A DNA stretch of 64,000 nucleotides. Source: Entomortierella parvispora E1425 (lineage: Eukaryota; Fungi; Mortierellomycota). A program made the position numbers and the translations under genes. The stretch is taken from positions 1,364,001 to 1,428,000 of the forward strand of contig BQFW01000001.1 in assembly GCA_020891255.1 (NCBI GenBank), given 5' to 3'. The notes beneath the pieces are model-generated. The model ran no database searches and had not been told where the DNA came from. It was given only the letters and a program-made list of their open reading frames with translations. Each line of letters begins with the position of its first letter. Within the stretch, counting starts at the first letter, position 1. This document shows, one piece after another, positions 44,219-56,525 of the stretch.

Positions 44219-46662
44219 TCATTCGCCCATCTGCATACCAAACGACAGTGCCACTCTTGCGGCCAACTGGCGTCTCTCGTTTTCAGCCATGTTTTTGCCT
44301 TGTTCTAAGGTTCGAAGGGTGAAAAAAAGTAGAAAGACAAAAAGTAAGAATCGAGATACTCTATCCAGAGAAAATGGGCCAATGTATGCAGAACCCTATT
44401 TTTTCAGTCGGTCCTGTACCTCGAAGGCCTTGCAGAATCGCAATTGTTTGTGCCATGCCATCGTCACCATCAATGTTTGAGAACAACGCGTTGTGCATCG
44501 TCTTGATAGATTCTTGTTTGGGGGTGGACATACCATCTGCAGCTGGAACCAAAAAAAAAAAGGCGAAGTCAGCATCTCTAGATTATTTCGTCATCTTTTT
44601 CCCGGGGTGCTCTCATTGTGCTAGGCACAAAACACGTCTCACCTCCAAAACTAAAGTCAATGTCCTCAAGTTCGTCGCCGCCGGGTCCAGGGTTGACGAT
44701 AAAGTCCCCGAACTCAAAGTCCTGGGCATTGTCGAGCTCGAACGAATATTCTGCGTCATCAGACAATTCTCCAGATGAATCAATGCCTCCTGTATCGGTA
44801 GATGAGAACGTCTCGTCTCCACTGGGTTGTCCCAGGTATTGCTTGAATTGCCTCTCCAGTCTACGCCCGCTCACTGTCACGCCGGAGCCTCGTGTCTGAT
44901 TGGGACTGGTAGAAGACTCTTGACTAGACCAGATATCGTCCTCAAGGTCAACACTGTCCAGTGCCTGTTCGAGATGTAGCTCATCAAAGTCGTCATCAAA
45001 GCCCGAGCCCGTTGGGATCTGGGTCTCCTTTAGAATGTTCATAGCCTGTTTTGAGAGTGACCGCTGTCCCAGTCCCGAGGGCGATTGGGGTCTGGCTTGG
45101 AGATTCAGTTCTGCTAGAGCCTTGTAAAATGCCCGATCATCATCCTCGTCATCCTCATCGTCATCATCGTCCTCGTCCTCGTCATGCTCGAGGTCGTTGT
45201 AGAGTCTGCTTTGGTCATTCAGACCTGGAAAGCTGCTTCCCATATCTCCCATGTCCACATCGTCGTCTTGAAATGACATCATCATACTCCGTTCATGCTG
45301 GTCACGTTTCTTGTTGCTTTTGCGCTTCAATCCATCCCACATGTGAGCCGCCAGGGCTTCCAAGATCCTATCCAGACCAACATGTTCGTCTAAGATGGAA
45401 TGCAGTGCAGTGCCATGCAGTTTAAAAAAAACAAAGTTAATACGCAGTCCTTGACGAGACGATCTACATCAGGGCAAAAACAAACACCCAAAAAAACCCC
45501 TTCCTCCACAGGCTATTAAAAAATTTGAGAGCAAAAATGGTGGCAACAAGCGTCCAACTAACAATACCCATGCCTGTCAAGATCACTCTGCACTGTACCT
45601 TGGGCCATGTCTTCGGGCTGCTCTTGCAGATCGATATATTCAAATCCGTTGCCTAGGCACCAGTCGTCATAATCTTCAATGTATTCGTTGTCCGCCGAGG
45701 AGGCCATCTCGGTTGCATTATTAGCCCCGGACAGCTCATGCATGGGAGCATCTGTTGCAACGCAAAGGGTGATCGAGGGTTCGTGCCTTTCCACAAAGGC
45801 CAGCCAAGGCTTGATATCGTGGAATGTTGAGGGCTAACAAAAAAAAAAGAGATGGCAATCGTTGTACAAACAGTCAATTAAACAAGCAAAGCAAAACCTC
45901 TACCCTCAAAATGGCAACACAGACCTCTCCCGCCCTTTTTCTTTTCTTTTTCTTTTCTTTTCATGTCCAAGGAAACAAAAACACGCGGTATATACCTGAT
46001 TCTTTGAGAAACAAAAGATGACAGCCTCCACTACAGTTCCCATCTCGTCCAAGTCTCCGGCTTCAATCATACGCTCCAACTCTGCAGTGCCTTGGGACTC
46101 TGTTTCATCGATCCAGAAATCCACTTGGACAGAATAATATTTAGTGTCGATGGTCCAGGGGATGGTGACTCCAGAGTGGTCCTGCCTCGGCCGGGCTGTT
46201 TCCATCATAGACGCTCCCAAGAGAGACGTGTTCGCCATCGCGAATGAAGCGTCTAAAGACGTATTGGCGGCCTCCTGTGAAAAGACTGAGTAGGCATTGT
46301 GGGCATTCACATGGTCTCCATTTGGTGGCGTCGTCGTCAAATGTCCGAGTCCCTCTGCGGAGGCCAAGACAGTGTCCTCCAATGTTGGTACGGGAATAGC
46401 AGGCAGAATGAGAGGTGACGAAGGCCGTGATTTAGAAACAGATGTGGTCGGTACAAATCTCGAACCGAGAATGGCTGCATGGGAAAAGAAAGGGGTGAAA
46501 ATAATGCGTCAGGTCAGCTTCTTTGGCAAGGTGATGCGGGGGAGGACAACGAGACAATAAAAAAGGGAATGCTGGTTTACATTGGACCAATGTCAACTTT
46601 CCAACGCCCCTTCTGCCGACGACGAGGATCTTGTTGCGAGGGGGGGTATCTGATGAAAGCAT
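44219..46662 (-). CDS. AAGAB: Alpha/gamma-adaptin-binding protein p34 (IRC6/AAGAB-like)
   Basis: KILVVGRRGVGKLTLV, PWTIDTKYYSVQVDFWID, GFEYIDL, LEALAAHMWDGL, ERRQLAARVALSF across several exons. Confidence 0.85.
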
Positions 46663-46873
46663 GATGTGAAAGAAAAGTCAAGGAGGAAGGTTGCGATGGA
46701 CAGGGGGGTGAACAGGGGATCAGTAGGGAGTCAATTGAAAAAAAAGAGAGTGAAGCAGACAAAAGGGCAAAGAGACAGGGCACTTATCATTTTTAATCAG
46801 GGCGTGCGCTTTGCTCCAATGGAGCGCGCCGCGGATAAATTATACTCTGAGCGCAGCCACACGACTAGTTTAG

Positions 46874-48023
46874 TCAGAGTTTTTTATTCGAGCTAAAATT
46901 GTCGCTTTCTGTCACGTCTTCAGCTGATCGTGCCTGGTATCCGATGCCCCTCCTCTCCATGGCTGCCCAGAATCGATCCCGCAGCAGGTGCACCACACAC
47001 CAGACAAAGAAGAAGAAGGCAATGGCGACGTGAACTCCTGCAAACATCAAGCTATCCAATATGAACAAAGAGGTCAGGCAGATCCTTCATGCCTGCTGGA
47101 CAGGACTTACCAGTCTCAAGTGGTGTCAACTTACATTCCTTTCAAATCCACTCCAAGGAAAGAGTAGACCCAATAGTGCCAAATAGCATGTATAAACCAA
47201 GTTAGGAACATGTAGAGCACCAGCAGCAGGACTGGCACAAACCAGAACCGGACCGGGAACTGGTATCGAGCCAGGAGCACCTCGCCCAAGACAATGAAGA
47301 TAGCGAATGCATGCAGGGACAGGTCCACCCATATGAAATAGACTGGCAAGTTTTCGAACCCCGCGTACAAAAAGATCCAGTATGTGGTGGTGATCAGGGA
47401 ACTAGGAGCAAAAGGGAGGCTTTGTTAAGTCAACGAACGCCTTCGACACATGTTGCTGGTTTCCATCATAAAAAACAAGCTTACTGGAAGCATGGCAGTG
47501 AGATATAATGAAACCAAAACCCCATTTTCAAGACCCAAAACAGGCTGTCTATCGAGTTTGTATTCTTGTGACGACAATACATAAAGCTGTGATAGGATGC
47601 GACCTTTTGGAAAGAGAAAACAGCCTCCCTGTTCAGTAAAATGGTAGCTGTCTGGGCTGGAGCTCAATCCAGAACGTGTTTTAGCGAGAGCTCTTTCCTT
47701 ACCCACATGTAAACGCAAAGACTGGTCGAGCTAATGGTGGTCAGAAACGAAAAGAATGTCGTTTTGTAGAAGACTAAAGCTGCAATCAGAACAGCCGTAT
47801 AGTAGAGTGCCACTATGAATCGAAAGGCCAGTAATGATCTTGGCGACACCATACAAGAGGTCACGGCCCTCTCGCTCTCAAGCTCTTGAAGCCTCAGCCA
47901 GCGATGAAAAAGGTTGGGACGGCAAACACTCGTCTCCTGGCTTGGCTGCTTCGCTTCCTGGATTCCATCCGTTGGTGCTGCGGAAGTCAACATGACGATC
48001 TCGCTAGTGGAAGGCGCACTCAT
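46874..48023 (-). CDS. FAR-17a/AIG1-like multi-pass membrane protein
   Basis: FFSFLTTIS, YWIFLY, SLHAF..GEVLLAR, YMFLTW..WVYSFL across spliced exons. Confidence 0.65.
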
Positions 48024-48418
48024 TTGTTTTGATTAGTTCTGAGCGCTTCCTGTATTGACTGGACAAGTCGATGACCTTGATGAAATATAAAAAAATGAAA
48101 AAAAGATGACTGAAGAAACAAACTCAGCCATCGCAGCTATTGCGTCGTGAATGTCACCGATGTTCGTTGCAGCCTCCTAGATTTTAGTCCCTCCCTTTTT
48201 TTTTCCTTTGTTCAAGGGCAGCCACCCCTCGATCTCTCCTGACGCCTTCTCCCGTGGAATAATCCATTGGTCCAACAAATGGAAGCAAAATTTTGTGCTT
48301 TATGGTGGTTTAGGTGATATGATTCTGGTTGTAAATGAAAAAAAGAAAAAGTCTATGGTAGCATTGGTATTGCGACTTTTTTTCCCTAAAAGATATTATT
48401 CCTGCAAGTGTCAACCCT

Positions 48419-50385
48419 TTATGCAGATGCATCCACAATGTATCTAAGAGTTGGAATGGGAGAAGGGAAGGAGTCGGTTAGTACCTTGAGGTGAGTCGAA
48501 TGGGAAAGTGTGTTTTCGTGGGAGTGCCCTTACCCTTTCTTGGTGATCAGCCCCCGGCACGTAATGAAAGCAGAGTACTTGAGGACAAAGTTGGGAGTCA
48601 AAGTGGAGGCAGCCTTGGGCAGGTGGGGCTGAAGCAAGGAGCTGAAGGTGGTCTTGGGCAAAATTTCTAAAGAAAGACAGCAACCTTGGTGGTGAGGATT
48701 CACGTTTCTCCCTCCCATGTAGACCTATTCCATGAATGTCGGTTCTTATATCTTACCAGTAGAGTCACCATGGGTCAACAACTCGATGCCCTGGTCCTTT
48801 GAGTAGTTGATCAAATCCTTGGGCAACACACAGCAGTCCTGGAGGTTGACTTGGTTCACCTCGGGTGCGACGGCCCCCGCAGCAAGGGCAGCCTCCTTCA
48901 AAACCTCGAGTTGTTGCTTTGAGAACTCGGCCACTCCTACGCGGCCAATCCTGCCAGACTGACGCAGCTCTGACAACTTCTTCCAGACGGGCAAGACTGC
49001 AGTCTCGACTTCAGTCTTAAAGGCCTCCACTTCAGCATCATCCAGACCGTTCTCGTCAAACGATTGATGAGGCAGGGACAGAATGAAGTGATCCAATTTG
49101 ATGTCGGCGATTCCCAAGGCAGCTTCCAATTCAGCAATGGCGGTGCTCAACAGCCCCACATCCAAAGACTTTCCTGATTCTGGTTCTGACAAGTAAAACA
49201 TCTTGACTATTTGTTGCAAAGGTAAGGTCATATGTGTTAGAATTGTAAACAAGTTATCGCAGCAAAGCAAACAGGGTCGATCACAGCCGAGGACTTGCCT
49301 GTGATCTCATACAACGAACGGTCTCCTTCCAAAGGTCCGAGAGAGGTCTCGTCCGTGATGGTGATAGCTCCTCCCTTGATGCGAGCAGTATTGACGGAGT
49401 AAAGAAGCGAGTCCTGAACAGCGGAAACCAACTAGGGATGCAAAAAGTCGCCAAACAGGCACAACAGCAGGTTAGTCTGTTTTGTTTTGGCAACGGTTGA
49501 CTTTCCACATGGCCATTCCAAAGGCAAAGGATGCGATCCCGGCCCAAATAAAATTCCTTGACCCCCCACACCTCTACATTTTGTTGGCCTTCCAGAACTT
49601 CTATGCCCTGCGCTGGAGAAGCGCCGCGCTTGCGCAGACACCCCCCACAATCTTAATCAGGTCGTCTTGGTGGTAAGCGGCGCATCTTTTTCTCCTCTAC
49701 TCTTCTACACGCTGGAAGCTGTCGACTAAGGTTGTCCAAGTTTGCTGTGTCCACGCAATCGCTCAAGAAAAATAAAGAGCCGACCGATCGGGAGCAAACT
49801 GGTCGACCGACCTAAATCGCAACCAGCTACTGGGTTGACGCACGTCCGTCCTTCGTCCTTCGTCCTTCCTGCATCCTGCATAGTCGTTTTTTTTCTGCTC
49901 CCTTGTTTTGTTTTGATCCTGCGCGCCAAATCAGTCCTAAGTGATTCACCTATCCTGACGTCTTAATCAAGTCACTGTGCAATAATGACTCGAAGGAACC
50001 AGATCCAAGGTTTGTTTCCTCCTCGGGTTCACTTGTCCTTTGATCCCCGATCCAGTCGGGGAAGACGAATAAAACACTGAACAAAACAAAAGCAGAGAGA
50101 GAGGGAGCGATGGGGGGGGGAGGACGAAGGAGGGTTGATTCCTACCTCTTGGTTCGACTTTTTCAAGCTCGTGTTCAATTGACCAGTCGTTCCCGTGCGC
50201 ATGGTGTTTCCGGTATAGAGCGTCAAGTGAGTGAAGGCATCGTTGGCAAAGGGGGCAGAGGTCGTGGGGGCGGCAGTGGCGACGGCTACTGGCGTTGATC
50301 CGTTTGTGTATCCGTTATGATAACCGTTTCCGTTGGCGGAGTGTCCGTTCCCGGCAGGGTGGGCTTCTGAGGAGAGGGCAGTCAT
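48419..50385 (-). CDS. GCLM: Glutamate-cysteine ligase modifier subunit
   Basis: LYTGNTMR, YEITGKxF, GRVGVAEFSKQQL, PEVNQVNLQDCCVLPKDL, LLTHGD, VLKYSAFITCRGLITKKGYIV. Confidence 0.88.
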
Positions 50386-51933
50386 GGTGTAAATGTATTG
50401 AATGAGGCAGCTTTGATTGTCCTTGTAATGTCGATGGAGAGAAAAGAGAAAGACTAGATGAAGAGAGGAGAGGAGAGGAGAGGAGAAGAAGAGAGATGGA
50501 ATGAAGGAATGGAGCCGTAGAATTAACAAAAAAGAAAAACTTTTTGAGTTTCAAAAGTAAAAAAAAATTACTCTGAGTCGCAGGCGCGGGGAGAGAGAAA
50601 GAGAGAAGGACAAGCAAAGAAAGAAAGACAGAGATCACAGAGGGATAAAGAGAATGAAGAAGAAGAGTGAAGAGAAGAGCAAGAAAGAAGAGGTGTCGTG
50701 CTATGGCGCCAGTCTTTTGTTGTTGTTGTGATTGTTGTTGTCGTCAAGTAAGATGAGCGCCCATCCATGCCTTTGCTTTTGTACTCTGTGTGTTTGCCAG
50801 GCGCGCGCACTCTCATTTTCCGACCGATTATTAATTCGAGCTGGGCTGGATGACAAATTGACGGCGAGGAATTCAAGGAGGGAGCTTGAAAGTGGATTTG
50901 AGTTCTCTGTCTCTCTCTTGATCCCTTCGTCTGCCTGCCTGTCTGTTGGATGTCTGTTGTCGGTAGACTCGATCGCCTGTTGACTATGTATGCCGTTTCC
51001 TGCATTCTCTGTCTTTCTTTCTCTCTCCCACTCTCTCCATCCTTTTTTTTTTTTTTTTTTTTTTTTGTTACCTTCTCGCTATTCTTGCTTGAACTGGGCT
51101 CGGGCTGGGGCTGAACTGTTGTAGACGCAATCGATACGTAGCCAACAGAGAAAAGGGGGAGACGCAATACAGATCAAGAAGTATGATACGCGGTTGTAAA
51201 GTATATCCTTGACCGAGACTGGGCGCTGTGGGAATCTGTAAGGAGGTTGCAACTACGCGTCGATCCTAGCAACTTCAGAGGATTGCCGAGAGTTAAGAAT
51301 GACAGGTAAGAGGGGGTGCTTGATTCTGAAAGTTGAAGGAGGGAGGTAAAAAACAGAGGCATGCTTTATACAGATCCCAACCATCCTGCATGTGTTTGCT
51401 CCCCTTTCCATAGAAGTCCATGAAGAGCACCCTAGCCTATCCCTTGGCCCAACAAGCTCAGATCTGCTTTTGTTCAAAAGAAGAAAAAAAAATGCAGTTT
51501 AAGCTGCTGTTGGCATGTGCACCTTCGGGAACGCGATGGCGAAAATGAGGCACAATGATGCCATTTCGGGAAATTTGTAGGCAATTCGTGCATGGACGAC
51601 GCGACTCACCACTGTCCCTTTGTTGTTGATTCCTCACCTTCGTGTGCTCCCTTTCTTCCACCCCTGAGGAAAACATCACAACGGGAAGAAATGTTTACAA
51701 GGTAAGGGGACATACAAAAGTGTCGCCATCGCTTTATCGATCTGATTATCGTCTGCCTCCGACCAGCAGTTTTCTTTCTTTTTTGCAATTAGCAATTGAG
51801 GCAGCTCTTGTTGGTACTTTAGCATATATCCCTAGGCTGTTGTAGGTGTGTATCAAACACGTCTCTTTTACTGAACAAAAACATAGCCTTCAAGAGTCGG
51901 TTTCTAGAGTATAAAGACTCTTCGAGCTCCTCT

Positions 51934-53285
51934 CTAATCAGACGACCTGATATTCCTGAGAACATCATTCTCGTTGTCATCCTCGTCGTCCGTAATAACC
52001 AGCTCACGCTCAAACAATGCAATATCAACATCCACATCACCCTCCTCCATGAAGGTGGCATCGGACTTGGCCAAAGAGTGATCCCGCTCGAACAACTGGC
52101 GACCTAGAATTGTTAACCGTAAATCATTGGTTAGCAATTGCGATTTGCATCACATGTAGTTAGAGGCCCTAAAAAGTTGCATCGGCTCTATATCCGCTAT
52201 TCTATGAAAGCAAAAGGGCTGCTGATCGATTACCTGTGGGCTTTGACATCCTGGGGTCCTCCTTCTTAAGGCCCTTCTCGATTCGCTCCTTCTCAAGCAT
52301 CTCCGCGTCGAAAGCAGTCTTCCACCGCGTGAACAATTCCACAGTGACTCTGGTTCCTTCCTTGCGCTTTTCCTCCTCCTGAAATATACAAAAAAGATGA
52401 CAATCGTGGAGTCAACAAAGTGATCAATGGGTCTTTTCAAAATTGCAAAAGAACTGGAGGGGAAATCGTTACCTCAATCTCTCTCTGTGCCCGTTCTTCC
52501 TCCTCGCGTTCTCTCCTCTCCTTGTTGAACAAGATGATCTCTGACAGACTGTCCTTGGCGGTCGAGGCCATCGAGAAGACCATGCCCATTCCTATTGCCT
52601 CCTCAGCCTATATGATCAACAGAAAATGTCAGTCTCGAACATTGACCTTTTTTTGGAAGTCTCTTCCATTGTTTAAAGTCTTTGCCATTGCCGGTCCAAA
52701 TAACGTACAGCCTCTGTCACTTTTGTCATGATGGTGTCGAAATCCTCTTGCTCCAACTCTCCCTCGACCATATCGATTGAAAACTCGGGCAGTGTTTCTG
52801 GGTATGTTTCCGTGTATTTCACAATGAGCTTGATAATATCTAGAAAAGTAGAAAACAATTGGTTAAATCATTGTCCCCAGAAATTGGAGCCTTTGTGTCA
52901 TTCTATGGCTCCAGGGCATTAGGCCAACCCATAAGGAGTTTCACAAGAGTCCTTGAGTAGCATGCACGATCTCTTACAGGTATCTTCACCATCCTGCTCC
53001 TCGGGTTCAACGAGGATGGAAAACTCGACGGGGTCATTAAAGATCTCCTCGTATTCATCGGGGTAGATGGACTGAAGAGCCTCCAGCTCGTCAGCTTGTT
53101 CCGCTTTGTAGTCTAGTAAGGCGTGTCCAAACGACAAAGGCACAGAGGCGCAAAGACATGGTGGGGTCCATTAGTTCATGGTGCCTCTCATTTGAACGTT
53201 TTGAAAAACAAGGCGGTAATTCACTTCAGTGCCATCCATGCAGTCAACGACTGCATATGAATCTGCTGAGGGTCGCACCTGTCAT
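51934..53285 (-). CDS. GIR2: RWD-domain protein Gir2/RWDD1
   Basis: MTDYKAEQADELEALQSIYPDE, YTETYPETLPEF, GMGMVFSMA, GRLLSTR(R), RQLFERD; multi-exon. Confidence 0.85.
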
Positions 53286-53619
53286 GAGAAATATATGGCT
53301 GGTGAGTCCTGACTAGTCTCCTCTGTCCGTTGAGTCAAAGGGGGCGAAGGTGGGTCCGTTCGTGTGGATTATGGGAGCGAATGGACCTGCCCCTTCCTCG
53401 ATCGTGAAGATGTCCAAAGCATCCAATCTAAGCCACAACGACCCCCAGAACCTTCAATTTCAGTCCTCTCTCTTTTTTTTTTTTTTTTTTTTTCTCCTCA
53501 GCTCAGCTCGGCGCCTCCGTCTCAAATCAGATAAAACACAAGAACAATGAATGATGGTTGCTTTTAATGCTCCAACAAAACAGAAAGTACTTAATTGATA
53601 TAATATGTATGGTGAGTTG

Positions 53620-55278
53620 TTACCACTTTTCGCTCCAAACACCACCCTCGATGTCATCTGTCCAGTTGTCCTTCATCTTTTCCAGGAAAGCGTCCTTCTC
53701 TACGTATTTCTGAATAACCCACTCGCTCAACTTCTCCTCGTCCTTGGGCAAGTCCTCGATCTGGTATCTCCTGACATGAACGTGGAACTTGTACTCGGGG
53801 CTCAAATTGGCAGTGTGGACGCGAACAAGATCTGGAGGCACACCAAAGCCCTTGGTCTTATGGTAGTAAGCAAATGTAAAGTCTATTCCCAGAAAGAATG
53901 AGTATTGTTATCAAAAAATGAGAAGCAAAATGACTCCTAATGATCCTGGAGAGTACTCACCATAGACGCATTTGACATGGCTTCCACGGAACTTGTTCAC
54001 GCAAGCGATGAATCCTTTTGTCCTTGGCATCATCACATTTGACAAAAGTGGAAGTCCACGTCCAAGCATGAATTTTTGGGACGCAGCGAGCTTGCTGGGC
54101 GTAAGTCGGGAACCCTCCAAGAAACTGGCAACCCAAACTGGAGCCTGAATGTCCAATATCCGCGCAAACATCTTGTTGATCTTGATCTGGTCCTGCTGCC
54201 AATTCCTGTTGATAAAGAGCATACCCATGATCCACATGCCCCATCCATAGAAAGGAATCTAGAGTTCCAAAGCAGGAGAGCAGCCACGAGGTCAGGACAA
54301 AACAGAGGCGGATGATTCGCGTCAAACAAGGTTATTTAAGCAACAAAAAAAAAGTCTTCTTGAAGACTTTGGTCCCAAGCTTTCAAGGAAACCACACTGC
54401 CTCCAAGTTTGCAACTTACATATTTCAAAGAGTCCTTGGCAAAATACTACCATAGTCAAAGGCAATGAGGGAGTGCGATGCCTGTTAGAACTGGTGCCTC
54501 TAAGGTACTCATGCGCTTCGCAACATCATTGTAGGCGATCCAGAAAGACAAGCCAAGCAAAGACGGGATGAACATTAAGCCTACCTTCATGTAGTTGACC
54601 ATGCCTCTCCGAGCTGCAACCGAGTGGAACATGTAAAAGTCGACAAAGGACCGGTGGTTGCCGAAAACCAAGGCGCTCTCATTGTTGGGAATTTTGTCAC
54701 CCGAGAAGGTGATCACGGCCTTGTGTCTCTTCTAAGTGTCATCAGCGCCGTCGGATTAAGAAATAAAAAGTGTTTGTTTAGGCCTAGTTCAGTTCTTTCC
54801 ATTCCTGGCTCTGTTTTGTATGCCGATCGCAGTACATGTCCATGGATGCAAAACAGATAGGTTCTGTAGTCACGCAACCCCCAGCACATGGAGCAAAACT
54901 TCCCCCACAGTCGATTTTTTGCCGTCTCCACAAACTGATGCCTTCTGTCAATATCCTGTTCCTGTCCTGCTCTGCTCCCAGCCCTCCCTGTTGAGCGTTC
55001 CCGTATGCTTTGAAGTGTGCACATACCTCCATGATAATCTAAACGACAGCCAAGACAAACCATTTAGTATTAGTCACCGAGGGTTTTGTCAAACAAGCAT
55101 AAGACTGGACTGCAACAAGACAAGAGAAGGAACGTACCTGCATAACCTTCCACATCGAACCTGCCACGCGAGCGTTCACTTCAAAGAAGAGACGCTTTGA
55201 GAATGGGACCAAGAGCAAGGAAAAGACTTGGACTACATTGAGCATTGAGCAAAAGCTGGTTTCAAGGACCAGATTCAT
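53620..55278 (-). CDS. Lysophospholipid/1-acylglycerol-3-phosphate acyltransferase (LCLAT1/AGPAT3-like)
   Basis: NHRSFVD (NHX4D), FLEGSRLT, MPRTKGF, VHVRRY; multi-exon. Start could be 55278 or 55242. Confidence 0.88.
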
Positions 55279-55844
55279 GTTAGAGGTGTTGATCGATCCA
55301 TGGAGAGTAAATGAATGTGGTCCTCCCGGGAACTATAACAGTCGGGTCCATCCAGGAGAGAAAGAGAGGGTAGGCTACCTGAAGAGGGCCGATCCGTAGA
55401 GGAGGGCCTTTGCAGGCCGGGTGACAGACTCGAGCATTGGCGAATGGCAGTGTCCAAGCGAAGAAGAGAGCGATGTGGGGAAGAAGAAGGAGGGCAGAGA
55501 CAAGAAGAGTCGGTCGGAAGGAGAGACAAAAGAGTGGAAGGAAGGAATGGGGCGAAGGGACCCTGCTCGGTCGTCCGACTTTCGGCTCGAAGCGCAGGGG
55601 AAGGCCGATTGGGGGAAGGGAAGGGAAGGGAAAGAGGGGTGCGCGTTAAGGGGTGCTGTCTTTTTTTATTTCTCTTGATTTTTATTTTGGTAACCAACGT
55701 TTTTTTTTTTTTGGTCGGGTGAGCATTGCACTTAACTGGGCTGCTCACGCTCAAGAAAAGAACTTCGCCCACTCATCATTGTCGCGTTACAGTCGTATGT
55801 GTGTGGAGAAGCGCGATCAAGCACCATGTCGCCCGTGTCGCAAT

Positions 55845-55873
55845 TGGGCAACTGGGCAACTGGGCAACTGGGC
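55845..55873. repeat. 8-bp tandem repeat (TGGGCAAC) x3.5 upstream of the acyltransferase
   Basis: tgggcaactgggcaactgggcaactgggc read directly. Confidence 0.8.
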
Positions 55874-56525
55874 TGTCCTTCTTTCAATCAATCCTTAACT
55901 TTCAGTTGACCCCACTTTGTTTCTTGCTCGACGGCCAGCAAGTCAGCTTGCAGCTGTCGTCGTCCTTGATCAGCCTCGTTCAATCACATCCATCGGCTGC
56001 CACCTGGCCCAGCTAAACTGACGAACTTCTCGAAATGAATAATTTCGTTTTATGGAGTTCATTATGTATAATATATTAGTGTTATTGTGTTTGCAGGGTG
56101 CAACTGCGAGGGGCATCAGTAATAAAAAATATCCTAGGTTTTTTTTTGGAAATCTGATGGCCTGAACCATCAGCTATCGATCATCCACTCGTCCTTTCTT
56201 GCTCCTTTACTTTCCCCGCGCCTTTCCTTTCTCACCATTCCTGCTTCATTAACTGAATATTACAAACTACTACTTTTCTGCACTCCTCATCATCTATCAC
56301 TGCCCTTGGACACTCAGAGCTTGCCGTCACTGACTGTAAGGATCACGCTCTATGGACAAAATCTATCTTTTCGAGACAAGGCTTTTGGCATATGCACTGC
56401 GAAAAGGGCGCAAACTGTCGTTGTCCTCTTTGGGGCGGACTCTTAGCTCCATCAGGAGAGTGAACTGTAGTCAGCATAGTACATATCCATTAACTGAAGT
56501 TGCGCAATCGTCTTTGGTGTCATAG

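Noticed and set aside
49460-50150. Long GCLM intron as a snoRNA host
   Set aside because: No convincing C/D or H/ACA box arrangement seen.
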